Shown piece after piece: positions 19,801 to 27,724 of a stretch of DNA of 64,000 nucleotides (the stretch's first letter is position 1; every line of letters begins with the position of its first letter). Location of the stretch: positions 96,001-160,000 of the IMG/VR virus record IMGVR_UViG_3300008117_000025, one strand, 5' to 3'. The notes beneath the pieces were generated by a model. That model did no database searches, had not been told where the DNA came from, and worked only from the letters and a program-made list of their open reading frames with translations. Origin of the DNA: a virus. Position numbers and translations under genes: made by a program.

Positions 19801-20908
19801 CGGTAGAATATAGGTAAGCATCATTAGCCATACCTATAGCATTAGGTTGACTATAGTTACTACTATTGATACCCATATCAATGTAGTAACTAGATTCATT
19901 TCCTATATCATTAGTAGCAACTATATCAGCAGATGCTGTAGTTCCTGAATTTATATTTTGGATAGAAATTTGTGAGTAGTTATTTACATCTGATTCTGCT
20001 TGGATTAGATTGTATGTATTAGGAGCTGCAGGGGGAGCTACTATTCTTAACGCTGGTAGGGCAGGGCTTGCTGCGGAGCTTGTAGTATCAGTATTAAAAC
20101 TTGTTACACCTTCAGGATGAAACCAAATTTTAGCATTTGCTGTAGTGTCTAAACCACCATTAAATATAACAATTTTTTTATCAGCAGCAGCGTTTCCTAT
20201 ATAAAAGTCGTTTGCTTTAGAGAATAAATAACCATCATTTCCTAAACCAACAAAAAATGGATTATTATATGTACTACTATTAATACCAAAATCAACATAG
20301 TAATTATCTTCATCACCTATATCGTTTGTAACAACAATATCAGTTGATGCTAATGATCCACTACTTATATTTTTAAAGTTAACTTGAGAATAATTATCAG
20401 TATTGCTTCTACCAACAATTAAGTTATATGTTGTATCATCATGAGATACAATCAATAATGTTTCTGGGTTAAACTGGTCAAAAGAGCTAGTATTGATTGC
20501 AACACTACCGCTTTGATTGATAAGAAGTAAAGTAGTATTGCCTGAAGGGTCAGGAACATTATATGTTACTTCAAAAGCTCTCTCAGGATTAATGCTAACA
20601 CTAGCTGTAACACTACCTGTTACTATTCTGGAACTATCTACAACTGGTAGATTAGCTACATATGATGCTGTTAAAGCATAACTTGCGGTACCTAATAATG
20701 AGCCAGTAAATGAGCCTGAAAATGAGCCTGTAAATGCTCCTATTTTAGAGCCAATCGTAACAACTTCTTCACCGCTAGAACCTGACTTTTTCATAAAAGC
20801 CAGACCGTCGTATGTATTTAAAGCAATCTCTCCAAAATCAAGAGAAGAGGTAGTTGGTATTCTACCTGGTACCGCAGAACGGCGTAATTTTAAATATTGA
20901 TTCGACAT
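13835..20908 (-). CDS. 2357-aa modular tail fibre protein with three Gly-X-Y tracts
   Basis: N-terminal LKLRRSAVPGRIP...GEIALNTYDG fibre-attachment-like motif; three GTSGSS tracts; internal duplicated domains. Confidence 0.8.
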   Translation of the reverse strand: MSNQYLKLRRSAVPGRIPTTSSLDFGEIALNTYDGLAFMKKSGSSGEEVVTIGSKIGAFTGSFSGSFTGSLLGTASYALTASYVANLPVVDSSRIVTGSVTASVSINPERAFEVTYNVPDPSGNTTLLLINQSGSVAINTSSFDQFNPETLLIVSHDDTTYNLIVGRSNTDNYSQVNFKNISSGSLASTDIVVTNDIGDEDNYYVDFGINSSTYNNPFFVGLGNDGYLFSKANDFYIGNAAADKKIVIFNGGLDTTANAKIWFHPEGVTSFNTDTTSSAASPALPALRIVAPPAAPNTYNLIQAESDVNNYSQISIQNINSGTTASADIVATNDIGNESSYYIDMGINSSNYSQPNAIGMANDAYLYSTGDHLHIGNASNHPVMFFAGGTDTEANKKLVLNPNNQHELTGSLNISGSLTVLNGITGSLHGTSSWAQNALTASFITGANVWGPYGSNSIISASNAATASSADNFTVRGTLTAQTIHAQTITSSTEYVTGSTRFGSLLTDTHQFTGSVDITGSLIINGTSYTAATSGTSGTAGSSGTSGTAGSSGTAGSSGSSGTSGSSGTGGSSGSSGTSGSSGTSGSSGTSGSSGSSGTSGSSGSSGTSGSSGSSGTSGSSGSSGTSGSSGTSGSSGSSGSSGSSGTSGTGFDTINSPSQGRVILSDGTANAATASVNLTYSNSNFNITGSTFISGSLTVTNTITAQTLNVQYITSSIIYSSGSNKFGDELSDIHQFTGSVNITGSLTINGTSYTAATSGTSGTAGSSGTSGTAGSSGSSGTSGSSGTSGSSGTSGTSGTSGSSGTSGSSGSSGTSGSSGSSGTSGSSGSSGTSGSSGSSGTSGSSGTSGSSGTSGSSGSSGTSGSSGSSGTSGSSGTSGTGFNTIYDPAVGRILLSDGSVNAATASANLTYSGSALYITGSVYISGSLNYTSGSITNVDYIDFNTSASFASALGRLGYDSGEGTLQFGLAGGNVTLNIGEDLFQYVYNNSGGTLTKGQVVYISGSQGNRIAVKLASATAEQGSANTLGFIAETINAGDEGWVQTEGTLRGLNTTGLVGGQLIFLSSSAGQFTQTPPVAPLHGVRLGYAERIDNNVGSIYIKIDNGYELGELHDVVDSTTTSSYGDLFIKSGSVWVNSKELIGSYKLTGSLNTSGSNTFIGIQTITGSFLVSGSTTQIGNNILLGNTSLSGSITISGSSGPGAATASVQIYGDIRQSGYHRFDPVTTNIDTSISASYIYVSGSTNDLYFSQNGGGYSNTTRLRWLEGNLYTGLLNGGVITAATGSTTYNISSGSGIIVDLNASLNDNPYPTIQYLNWGNLSASIAPLTASYQQAFVAVDSTGNIFQQGTPFSNGQFDTLINIGVVLFQNGSTINAVKTQPSVAYGFEQSQNIFNRAFGPLKLSGFTLTPSGSSTGGLVVGSGTAYSPGSNYTIDPNEPSYAVDSGTSISKIYRYYQSGSTWVYQTNGGAGFTSIDPTQYSNNGTLTAVPPPANLNWTIQRVFWFPNSVAKAIVVYYGNAYYGSESEAIANINIEPFVEAPNTAANAIYLGAVIINGSGVFTNANDFTIVPGGLFRSVGGSGGGGSVITTRLVDLSDVMISGPTDGQALVYNSTSTKWENESYISASISGNAATATTASFASTASSANIFAIRNYLELKPGTDPGGSNVSSSYFFVTSSLDDTIPNLHYRNNSALWETHWLEERTDTGIVWGGVTTFSGSILYVTPGAGLIIDHNAITSSHNSTNPTYVQFGPITASAQYITSSQVTYLLIDSNGSLIQQTSPFTPQQYNEQFPLGYIFNLTTSSISSFADARVTTYGQSEQSNQFVRAFGPLKISGFDITPQTSSLRISIASGQAYRYGGFYSQNPTSPSIYDSTTIATGSLVRVYRDPGVTGGYRAATNAGVPYTVIDPTKYDNGSGTLQTVSASQWTIQRVFQGVVNNLSYVYYGQNVYDNLSTALQSITTEEFVESPTSQLALPFIGYIIAKGDTTDLSDTANNKIIQAGLFRNTAGSSGGGGAAVTNLNDLGDVTISSPSTGQALVYNAGLWVNGIPASASYAATSSFSNNFIVSGSLDISGSLTINGTSYTAATSGTSGTSGTSGTTGTSGTSGTTGTSGTAGTSGSSGTSGSSGTSGSSGTSGQNGSSGTSGSSGTSGQNGSSGTSGTSGSSGTSGTSGSSGTSGSSGTSGSSGTSGSTGTSGSSGTAGTGFNTINSPATGRILLSDGTVNAATASVSMSFTGGILNVTSSIIATNFTGSLLGTASFATTASYALNAGVSGLKTKAGSVAAGSFAGNPRKSTITFAAAFADANYAVVITGEDSRTWTVESKVSGSFVINANSNVGLAGTTYWIATAYGETN
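14295..14645. repeat. Gly-X-Y (GTS/GSS) coding tract 3 of the giant fibre
   Basis: Visible 9-nt periodicity. Confidence 0.85.
18262..18640. repeat. Gly-X-Y coding tract 2 of the giant fibre
   Basis: Visible 9-nt periodicity. Confidence 0.85.
18958..19318. repeat. Gly-X-Y coding tract 1 of the giant fibre
   Basis: Visible 9-nt periodicity. Confidence 0.85.
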
Positions 20909-20921
20909 GTCTTAGTATATA

Positions 20922-20959
20922 CTAACGGTAAAAGCTATATATATAGCCGTTAATAAATA
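20922..20959 (-). promoter_or_regulatory. TATTTATT motif followed by a leader hairpin
   Basis: Minus strand TATTTATTAACGG-CTATATATATAGCTTTTA-CCGTTA; contains the palindrome GCTATATATATAGC. Confidence 0.5.
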
Positions 20960-21175
20960 TTAATAGTCGCCTAAATCTACAGTAAAGAAACTACCACTAT
21001 CACCAAATGTATCAATATTTTGAATTGTAAGTGAACCTGTAGTAGTTGGAGTTGAAGTAACAATAGCAGAACCAGATATAATTAAAGCATTATTCTCACC
21101 ACTAATAGTAAGTTGATTTGAACCACTATCATAGGACATATTAGATAATACTTGTTTTAGTTTTAAATGTGCCAT
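20960..21175 (-). CDS. Hypothetical structural protein, 71 aa
   Basis: ORF between tail-completion and fibre genes. Confidence 0.7.
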   Translation of the reverse strand: MAHLKLKQVLSNMSYDSGSNQLTISGENNALIISGSAIVTSTPTTTGSLTIQNIDTFGDSGSFFTVDLGDY

Positions 21176-22447
21176 TTATACAAATTTACCTATTGCTAGA
21201 ATTTGATCTGCTACTCCTCCGTCATTACTAAATGTAATTGGTTCTCCTCCTACTCCTAACTGAGCTGGGTCTATAGTTAATGTGCAGGTTCCATCTCCAT
21301 TATCAGCAAAGCTAACTATAGAAGAAGAATCTATTAATTGACCATTTAAAAAGAAAGTAAAATTAGAAACAGTAGTTGCCGGTAAAGGAGAAGGTGCTGT
21401 TAAGAAAGAAGTATTAAAGGTTGCTGTGGAGTCAGTAAAAGATACAGCATACTCTGTTTTATTTGCTAATAAATAATTAGATAAATTCTCGGGGATAGTG
21501 ATTTGAGAATTAACATTCACATTGTAAGAATCAGCAAATGAAGTACCACCCATAGCTGTTTTTGGTGCTGATTTTCCTCCTGCTATTGATATTTCAGAAC
21601 TACTATCAGTTTCAAATGTAAATTTAATTTGAGCAGGAGAATAATGGATATTTGTATCTGATAGATGTTGATTAATAGAGTCTGCTATTAAATATCCATT
21701 TACTTTTAAGCTAACTGTAGTAGATGATATTCTATCTTCACCTGTATTAATAATATTTGTTATACCAAATGAATCTAATGATGTTCTAAATTGCCATCTA
21801 TTAGCATCACCCCAATATGAATCAGAAGCATATTCAATTGCTTCAATTAATTTATTGTTCTGTTCAACGTAGTTTGTTAATAAAACACAGTCATATGATA
21901 TAGTAACATAATCAGGAACTACAGAAACGTAAAATTGTTTTGATGGTGTTCTATTTGTTAAAACAGAAAATTGATCATATTGGTTTCTTTGATTATATCT
22001 AGTTTCAAAAGTTTGAAATAAAGAAGCTAAGTTACCATCTATTTTATTACCTAATGTTCTATTTTTTTCAACATTTGTTCTTTTAAACATTATAAGGGGA
22101 AAAACAGCTTTTCCATTAGTATCTCTGTAATATCCGTCAGCTTGAACTGATTGCCAGCGCTCAGGAGAACCATACATTACTTGAACAGCTATTCTATTTC
22201 CATCTTGTACTATTGTTGGTTTAATAACATTTTGAAAATAATGCATTAATGCATAATCAATATCCTCTAAACCAATAGCAATATCCTTTATCTTATCAGT
22301 TTTACGAGTAGTATTTAATGCTCTGTTTTCACGATGAGTAAATACATTTTGACTAATCGGTTTACCCTGATTAAGAAAAGGAGTAATAGTATCTTGTACT
22401 ATTTCTGCTTGGTTTTTTGGTATTGGTTTTCTATCTCTAGTAGCCAT
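21176..22447 (-). CDS. Tail completion/sheath stabiliser, T4 gp15-like
   Basis: DIDYALMHYF...VMYGSPERW...PLIMFKR, PDYVTISY; follows the neck genes. Confidence 0.55.
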   Translation of the reverse strand: MATRDRKPIPKNQAEIVQDTITPFLNQGKPISQNVFTHRENRALNTTRKTDKIKDIAIGLEDIDYALMHYFQNVIKPTIVQDGNRIAVQVMYGSPERWQSVQADGYYRDTNGKAVFPLIMFKRTNVEKNRTLGNKIDGNLASLFQTFETRYNQRNQYDQFSVLTNRTPSKQFYVSVVPDYVTISYDCVLLTNYVEQNNKLIEAIEYASDSYWGDANRWQFRTSLDSFGITNIINTGEDRISSTTVSLKVNGYLIADSINQHLSDTNIHYSPAQIKFTFETDSSSEISIAGGKSAPKTAMGGTSFADSYNVNVNSQITIPENLSNYLLANKTEYAVSFTDSTATFNTSFLTAPSPLPATTVSNFTFFLNGQLIDSSSIVSFADNGDGTCTLTIDPAQLGVGGEPITFSNDGGVADQILAIGKFV

Positions 22448-22827
22448 TATATTCTACCTCTTTTTTTAAGGTCGATTAACTTATCAAGAGCAGTCATTGC
22501 TCTAAATAATTTATTATGAAGACTATTTATTTCTTTTGCTACTGCTTTAATATCAGGATCAGGAGAAAAAGTAAATACATCAAATTCTTTTTTATTTTGA
22601 ATAATGTCTCTTTTAACCTGATCCATCTTAGGTAAATTAATTACCTGAGAAGCACTAGTAATTTCAGGGCGACTAGGATCAATAGGGATCATAATAGATC
22701 CTTTTGTAAATAATTCATCACGCTCTTCAGGAGTTAAATCAGCAATAGTAAGTTCTCTGCCTGATGGCTTATCAGCGTAAATTTTTTTTGGTTTCTCTAG
22801 TTCTTTTAAAATATCTATTAATTTCAT
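22447..22827 (-). CDS. Hypothetical protein with MKLIDILKE leader
   Basis: ORF track; shared leader motif. Confidence 0.75.
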   Translation of the reverse strand: MKLIDILKELEKPKKIYADKPSGRELTIADLTPEERDELFTKGSIMIPIDPSRPEITSASQVINLPKMDQVKRDIIQNKKEFDVFTFSPDPDIKAVAKEINSLHNKLFRAMTALDKLIDLKKRGRI

Positions 22828-22832
22828 AATAA

Positions 22833-23174
22833 TTAGTATGATCCTACTTTAATAATTGTTGGGTATCTAGGTATAAACTGCAACAAACCAGGAACTTTAT
22901 TTTTAGTTACAGCGTCTATACCAATTTCTTTAATTGATGTCTTTGCATCTCCTCTACCAATATATTTTATTTTAAGTAAAGAATATTCGTATTTGTCAGT
23001 TGCTTTAGCATTTAAAAAGTCACTTTGTTCAATAGTAACAACAACTACACCACTTAATGCTCTAATCTCATTATAAACTTCTACTTTATTTTGATCAGCA
23101 GCTGTTTTAATAAGTACATCACATCTAAAAATTGTGATACCTTCGTTTAATAATATTTTACCTAATAATCCCAT
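22833..23174 (-). CDS. Hypothetical protein (leader ends ILLNE)
   Basis: ORF track; coupled start. Confidence 0.75.
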   Translation of the reverse strand: MGLLGKILLNEGITIFRCDVLIKTAADQNKVEVYNEIRALSGVVVVTIEQSDFLNAKATDKYEYSLLKIKYIGRGDAKTSIKEIGIDAVTKNKVPGLLQFIPRYPTIIKVGSY

Positions 23175-23785
23175 TAGCTATATTGAATTAAGTTAAGTCT
23201 TGTTGTTCTTGTTAAATGAGCACTTAAAGTAAATAATACAATTTGTCCTGGGGTTCCTAAGGAAGATCCTGCTCCTGTTCCTCCAGGTATTGTTATAAAT
23301 GATCTATCTACAGTAAATACTTCATAATATTTTTCTTGATCAGTTATTATATCACCTACTTCAGGAATAAAATCTAACTCTACTAATGCTATTTTTGATA
23401 TAGTAACTTTTATAGTTTGGTTTACATCAGGACCAAATTCAGTATCAGTATAAGCAAATTCACCTCTATCAATTAAACACCTTACTTCAACAGGAGGGTA
23501 ATACCATTTTTCTGTTGATTCACCATACATATTTACTTTAGTCTTATATAAATCAATTTTAAAATATCCAACTTTTTGGTTTGAATATTTTATAGCAGCA
23601 TCCGCTGCTTCATCAGGATATGTGTTAGGTCCACCACCTAATCCTGCACTTCCAGTTGGTGGTTGTGGAGGTGTAGTCGGTGCCCCTGGTTTGGTTGCTG
23701 AGGCAGTTGGAGCAGAATTTGGGAAATCTGCTAAATCACAGTCTCCTAGATTTATATATCGTTGTACTCCTCTAAACTGCTTCAT
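23174..23785 (-). CDS. Neck/head-closure protein, T4 gp14-like
   Basis: NMYGESTEKWY...PEVGDII motifs; synteny after the gp13-like gene. Confidence 0.55.
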   Translation of the reverse strand: MKQFRGVQRYINLGDCDLADFPNSAPTASATKPGAPTTPPQPPTGSAGLGGGPNTYPDEAADAAIKYSNQKVGYFKIDLYKTKVNMYGESTEKWYYPPVEVRCLIDRGEFAYTDTEFGPDVNQTIKVTISKIALVELDFIPEVGDIITDQEKYYEVFTVDRSFITIPGGTGAGSSLGTPGQIVLFTLSAHLTRTTRLNLIQYS

Positions 23786-25407
23786 TAGAAAACATATATT
23801 GGTAAAGGAATTTGTTGTAATGTATCACGCTGGAATTGAGATTCTTGTTGCTTGCGCTCTAATTGTCCTTTACGTGACGTTTCATTTAACATTTCCTTTA
23901 ACTCAGTTATTAATTGTTCTTTTTCTGTTCTAGAATCAGCTACTAATTCAGATCCTTGAAGTGAACCTACACCTTGAACATTTACATTTGCAAATTGAAT
24001 ACGAATGTGTGCTTCAATTTCACGACACAATGCTAAGGTATATTTAAAAATCCAAGTTCTACCTACAGTATTAATTTTAGCATAAATTGGATTACGATAA
24101 GGAACATTCATAATGTCTGTTACAACATTGTTTCTAGTATCCTTGATAACACTAAATTTATCACTTATAGTAACATATTCAAAAAATAAATTCTTATCCA
24201 TTGTAGGGATAGGAAATATTTTTAATTTATTATTTACTAAATTAAATGAATAAGCTGATTTTCTTATTTGATCATTAAATTCAATTGCTTGGATTTTTTG
24301 TACATCAAAATGAATTGGCATTAATAGGAAATTAACACCAGGAGAAAATTGACCAAATCCAAAAGTCTCAAGTAATGATTGTATACCAGTACCTGTACCT
24401 GCATATGGATCAAAGTAACGAACGATTGCAGGGGGTTCTTCATAAAATATTCTTCTAATTTCAATTCTATCACCAGGATCTAATGATGCTGAAGCTGCAG
24501 CCCATACATTTAAATCGTAATCTTGAACTCCCATAGACATTGAAACAGAACCAGTTAATACAGTGTATTTTCCTCCTACTCCTGTTTCTGATGCATAATC
24601 TTCAGCAATAGTAGTTGTTAATGTAGCAAGATTATTGCTTAATATTTTATTATTTAATTCTGGTTCTAGGCTATCTTGAATATAAATTGTTGGAATTGTA
24701 TTTCCTCCAAATATAGGGGATCCACCTGCTATATTATAGTCTGAGGTGAAAACATATACATAACTTTCCCCAGGAGTAATAACTCCATCTACTGTTGGTC
24801 CTCCCAATCTATTTAATTGATTATAGACAAAAGCACTTAAATCAATAATATTCCCTGAAACAGAGTCAGTGTATTCAGTTGCAAATGTAATTGATTTTAC
24901 ATAGTCTTTATTGGGTAAAACAAAATCAGAAACAGATGCAGAAATAATATACACATTACCATCATCAACTGATTGAGAGAAAGTTGCATTATATTCAATA
25001 TCGGCTTGAGTGGCCCATCTAGGTCCTGACCAATTTACAGGTGAGTTTATATCAATGCTATCAACATAAGTAACAGTAGCGTTATTAAGTTGAGCTGATG
25101 GAGATCCCTCCATGTTAAGGTACTGGTCTCTAATTTTATATTGGTAAACTAGATTACCATAAGTAGTAACTGCTTCTTCAAAAGCAGCATATACTGTTAA
25201 GTCAGAAATATTAAGTTGTGTATTACCTAATCCACTAGCGCCTAAACGTTGTGCAACAAAACGTGCACAGTTTTTAGCATCACGAACAAACTCAGGATCG
25301 TTATCGTAATATTCAAATGGTGTATTACATTTAACAGGATTTAAATACGATGTATCACCGTAATATTCATCCCACAGTCTTTTTAGATTGATTGCTTTTG
25401 CGGCCAT
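23785..25407 (-). CDS. Neck/head-tail adaptor, T4 gp13-like
   Basis: ARFVAQRLG...VYAAFEEAV N-terminus; WIFKYTLALCRE...GSELV...EKEQLITEL C-terminus; synteny. Confidence 0.6.
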   Translation of the reverse strand: MAAKAINLKRLWDEYYGDTSYLNPVKCNTPFEYYDNDPEFVRDAKNCARFVAQRLGASGLGNTQLNISDLTVYAAFEEAVTTYGNLVYQYKIRDQYLNMEGSPSAQLNNATVTYVDSIDINSPVNWSGPRWATQADIEYNATFSQSVDDGNVYIISASVSDFVLPNKDYVKSITFATEYTDSVSGNIIDLSAFVYNQLNRLGGPTVDGVITPGESYVYVFTSDYNIAGGSPIFGGNTIPTIYIQDSLEPELNNKILSNNLATLTTTIAEDYASETGVGGKYTVLTGSVSMSMGVQDYDLNVWAAASASLDPGDRIEIRRIFYEEPPAIVRYFDPYAGTGTGIQSLLETFGFGQFSPGVNFLLMPIHFDVQKIQAIEFNDQIRKSAYSFNLVNNKLKIFPIPTMDKNLFFEYVTISDKFSVIKDTRNNVVTDIMNVPYRNPIYAKINTVGRTWIFKYTLALCREIEAHIRIQFANVNVQGVGSLQGSELVADSRTEKEQLITELKEMLNETSRKGQLERKQQESQFQRDTLQQIPLPIYVF

Positions 25408-25981
25408 TATTTAAGTAGTATTTAACACGTATAAATATACTTAATCTATCTTTCAAGTCAATTTGTGCAGTATCACCACATATGAGCATTTTACTACCTT
25501 CACATATTCTTCCTAATAATAATTCCATTTGTCTGTGGGTGATGTTTTGACCTTCGTCAACTACTACAGCGCAGTTAGTAAGGTTACGACCACGCATAAA
25601 TGCTAATGGAATAACTTCAATGTGCCCTTCCATTATTTCTTTATCGATTTTTTCTTTATTGTATAATCGATACATGTTGTCATAAATGGCTGCTGTGTAT
25701 GGAGCTAATTTAGCATCTTTATCGCCAGGAAGATATCCAATTTCTTCTCCTGATGTTACAGCAGGGCGAGTAAGTATTACTTTCTCTACTTCATGGCGAA
25801 ATAATAAGTCAAGAGCAACTTGCGCTGCTAACATTGATTTACCACTACCAGCACTACCTTTTAATACTGTAATTTTATTTTGGAGGACAATTGCTTTAGC
25901 TTCTTTCTGCTCTTCGTTGAGAGTAACCGCAAATTTAATCGGATTTTTGAAGCTCTTCTTTTTGGGAAGGTGATCAGTCAT
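25367..25981 (-). pseudogene. phoH: PhoH-family ATPase, C-terminus apparently lost
   Basis: GSAGSGKS, LTRPAV, IGYLPG, PLAFMRGR, VVDEGQN, GDTAQIDL; then reads through intergenic DNA into the next gene. Confidence 0.75.
25430..25437 (-). promoter_or_regulatory. Putative late-promoter motif TATTTATA
   Basis: 22 nt before the neck-gene ATG. Confidence 0.5.
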
Positions 25982-25994
25982 GTAACACGTTTGC

Positions 25995-26002
25995 TATAAA
26001 TA
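25995..26002 (-). promoter_or_regulatory. Putative late-promoter motif TATTTATA
   Basis: Directly after the capsid-gene terminator, 13 nt before phoH. Confidence 0.5.
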
Positions 26003-26060
26003 TAAAAAAAAAGCCCAACCTTACGGGGTTGGGCTTAATTTACTAACCTTACGGGGTTAG
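26003..26060 (-). terminator. Double hairpin and intrinsic terminator after the capsid gene
   Basis: Minus strand CTAACC-CCGTAA-GGTTAG, then AAGCCCAACC-CCGTAA-GGTTGGGCTT and a T run. Confidence 0.85.
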
Positions 26061-26073
26061 ATTATATGTTGGA

Positions 26074-27693
26074 TTAGAGGGTATTTAAACCAGCAACATA
26101 TACTTTACCATAGTAGTCAGGACGGATCATCTTCTTAGCGTAACGAGTCATCAAACCTTTTCTAGGAGTGAAGGTTGTTGGATCGTAAAGAAGTGGAGTC
26201 ATGATCAATGGAACGTATGGAGCGAATACAGCACCGCACTCAAGGAACTGAGCACCTTTGTAACCCATGAGGATTACGTTCTCAGTCATGTATGGGTTCT
26301 TGTATACTTTGTAGCGGCTGTTCAAAGAACCAACTTTCTGAATACCGAAGTTGAATTCCATTTTCTCGCCGTCACCATCAGAAGCAAATCCAGGAATAGA
26401 TTCAAGGATAGTAGCTACAGAAGGAGAAGTAATAAGGAAATTAGCACCACCACGTAAAGTTAACTGATGGATTGTGTTGGAAACTTTCTGTAATTTAGTA
26501 CCTAAAGTTTGGAACCAACCGCCTTGAGTGTTGTAGTAGCCAAGATCAGTAGCAGCACCAGTAGAATCTAAAGACTTGTTATTAACAGCAGTCCAACGAT
26601 CAACAGTATAAGCATTCTGGATTAACATGTCAAGGATTTCGAGGTCGATTTCCATAGAGATGTACTGAGAAAGGATACCAGTTAATTCAGCTTCAGCATC
26701 AATGCTATGATAAGCATTCAAATCCTGAGCGAATTCTGGAGTCCATTGTGCTTTTAACTTACGAGTTTTAGCAACGATAGCTTCAGATTTCAACTGAACG
26801 TCAATAGAAGGGATGTCGATAGTAGCAGGAGCATTTGTAGCACCAACTTTGGTTTTTCCGTCTTCAAAATCACCACGGCTGTCAGGAGTGTTTTGGATGT
26901 CATAATACAATGTTACGCCACCAACTAAAACACCAGCAGCAATGTTGGTAACTTTAGAAGTAGGAACAATAAAGGAAGCGGTAGTGTTAGCAGCATTGAT
27001 AGTAGTGAAAGCCTGTAATACATCAGTAACACCAAGGGTAGAACCAGAAGCGATTACGAAAGCACGAACACCATTTACATCAATGTTTGAAGGAAGAGCA
27101 ACGTTAACTTTGTAGTAGCTAGTCACAGAAGCTGAGTAGTTAGAATCAAAGTTAAAGTCAGACCAACCGATAGAGCTAGTAACAGCAGCTACACCAGAAG
27201 CGGTGTATTGGTTAATAGAGTAACCAAAGCGACCAGCACCATACAAAGAAGCGGTGTTAGCGAAATCAGTTACATTGTTAGTTGGAGCAGCGCTATAGAG
27301 AGAATCACCAACACGAAAAGGTTTAATACCGTTAGCATATTTGAAATCAAGATAGAATACAAGACCAGAAGGTAAGTTCATTGGTTGTACACTAACGAAT
27401 TCTTTAGCTGCGATTTCACCAAATACGCGGCGAACTAAAGGCAAAGCAACACCAGCCCAGTTCTCACTGTTGTATCCACCACCAGACATGCTGTTAGTTC
27501 CACCAGTTACGTTAGCTTCGGTTACTAATTGTTTTGCTTGGTTTTCAAGCAACATTGCCATTGTGTTTTTGTCAGTAGTAGAGCTAATACCTTCTAAAAG
27601 GCCAGATTTAGCCCACTTGCTTGACAACTTTTTTGCATCATCCATCACCACTTTATATTGGTTAGATGATTCGAGGAGTTGTTGTACGTTCAT
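26074..27693 (-). CDS. gp23: Major capsid protein, T4 gp23 family
   Basis: VSVQPMNLPSGLVFYLDFKY, KTRKLKAQWTPEFAQDLNAYHSIDAEAEL, YAPYVPL-like FAPYVPL, PRKGLMTRY. Confidence 0.97.
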   Translation of the reverse strand: MNVQQLLESSNQYKVVMDDAKKLSSKWAKSGLLEGISSTTDKNTMAMLLENQAKQLVTEANVTGGTNSMSGGGYNSENWAGVALPLVRRVFGEIAAKEFVSVQPMNLPSGLVFYLDFKYANGIKPFRVGDSLYSAAPTNNVTDFANTASLYGAGRFGYSINQYTASGVAAVTSSIGWSDFNFDSNYSASVTSYYKVNVALPSNIDVNGVRAFVIASGSTLGVTDVLQAFTTINAANTTASFIVPTSKVTNIAAGVLVGGVTLYYDIQNTPDSRGDFEDGKTKVGATNAPATIDIPSIDVQLKSEAIVAKTRKLKAQWTPEFAQDLNAYHSIDAEAELTGILSQYISMEIDLEILDMLIQNAYTVDRWTAVNNKSLDSTGAATDLGYYNTQGGWFQTLGTKLQKVSNTIHQLTLRGGANFLITSPSVATILESIPGFASDGDGEKMEFNFGIQKVGSLNSRYKVYKNPYMTENVILMGYKGAQFLECGAVFAPYVPLIMTPLLYDPTTFTPRKGLMTRYAKKMIRPDYYGKVYVAGLNTL

Positions 27694-27724
27694 TTTTAAA
27701 CGATTTAAAATTGGGTTTTGTTAA

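Noticed and set aside
12103-20908. Ice-nucleation or antifreeze protein
   Set aside because: Lacks the AGYGSTxT repeat; context and flanking motifs favour a fibre shaft.
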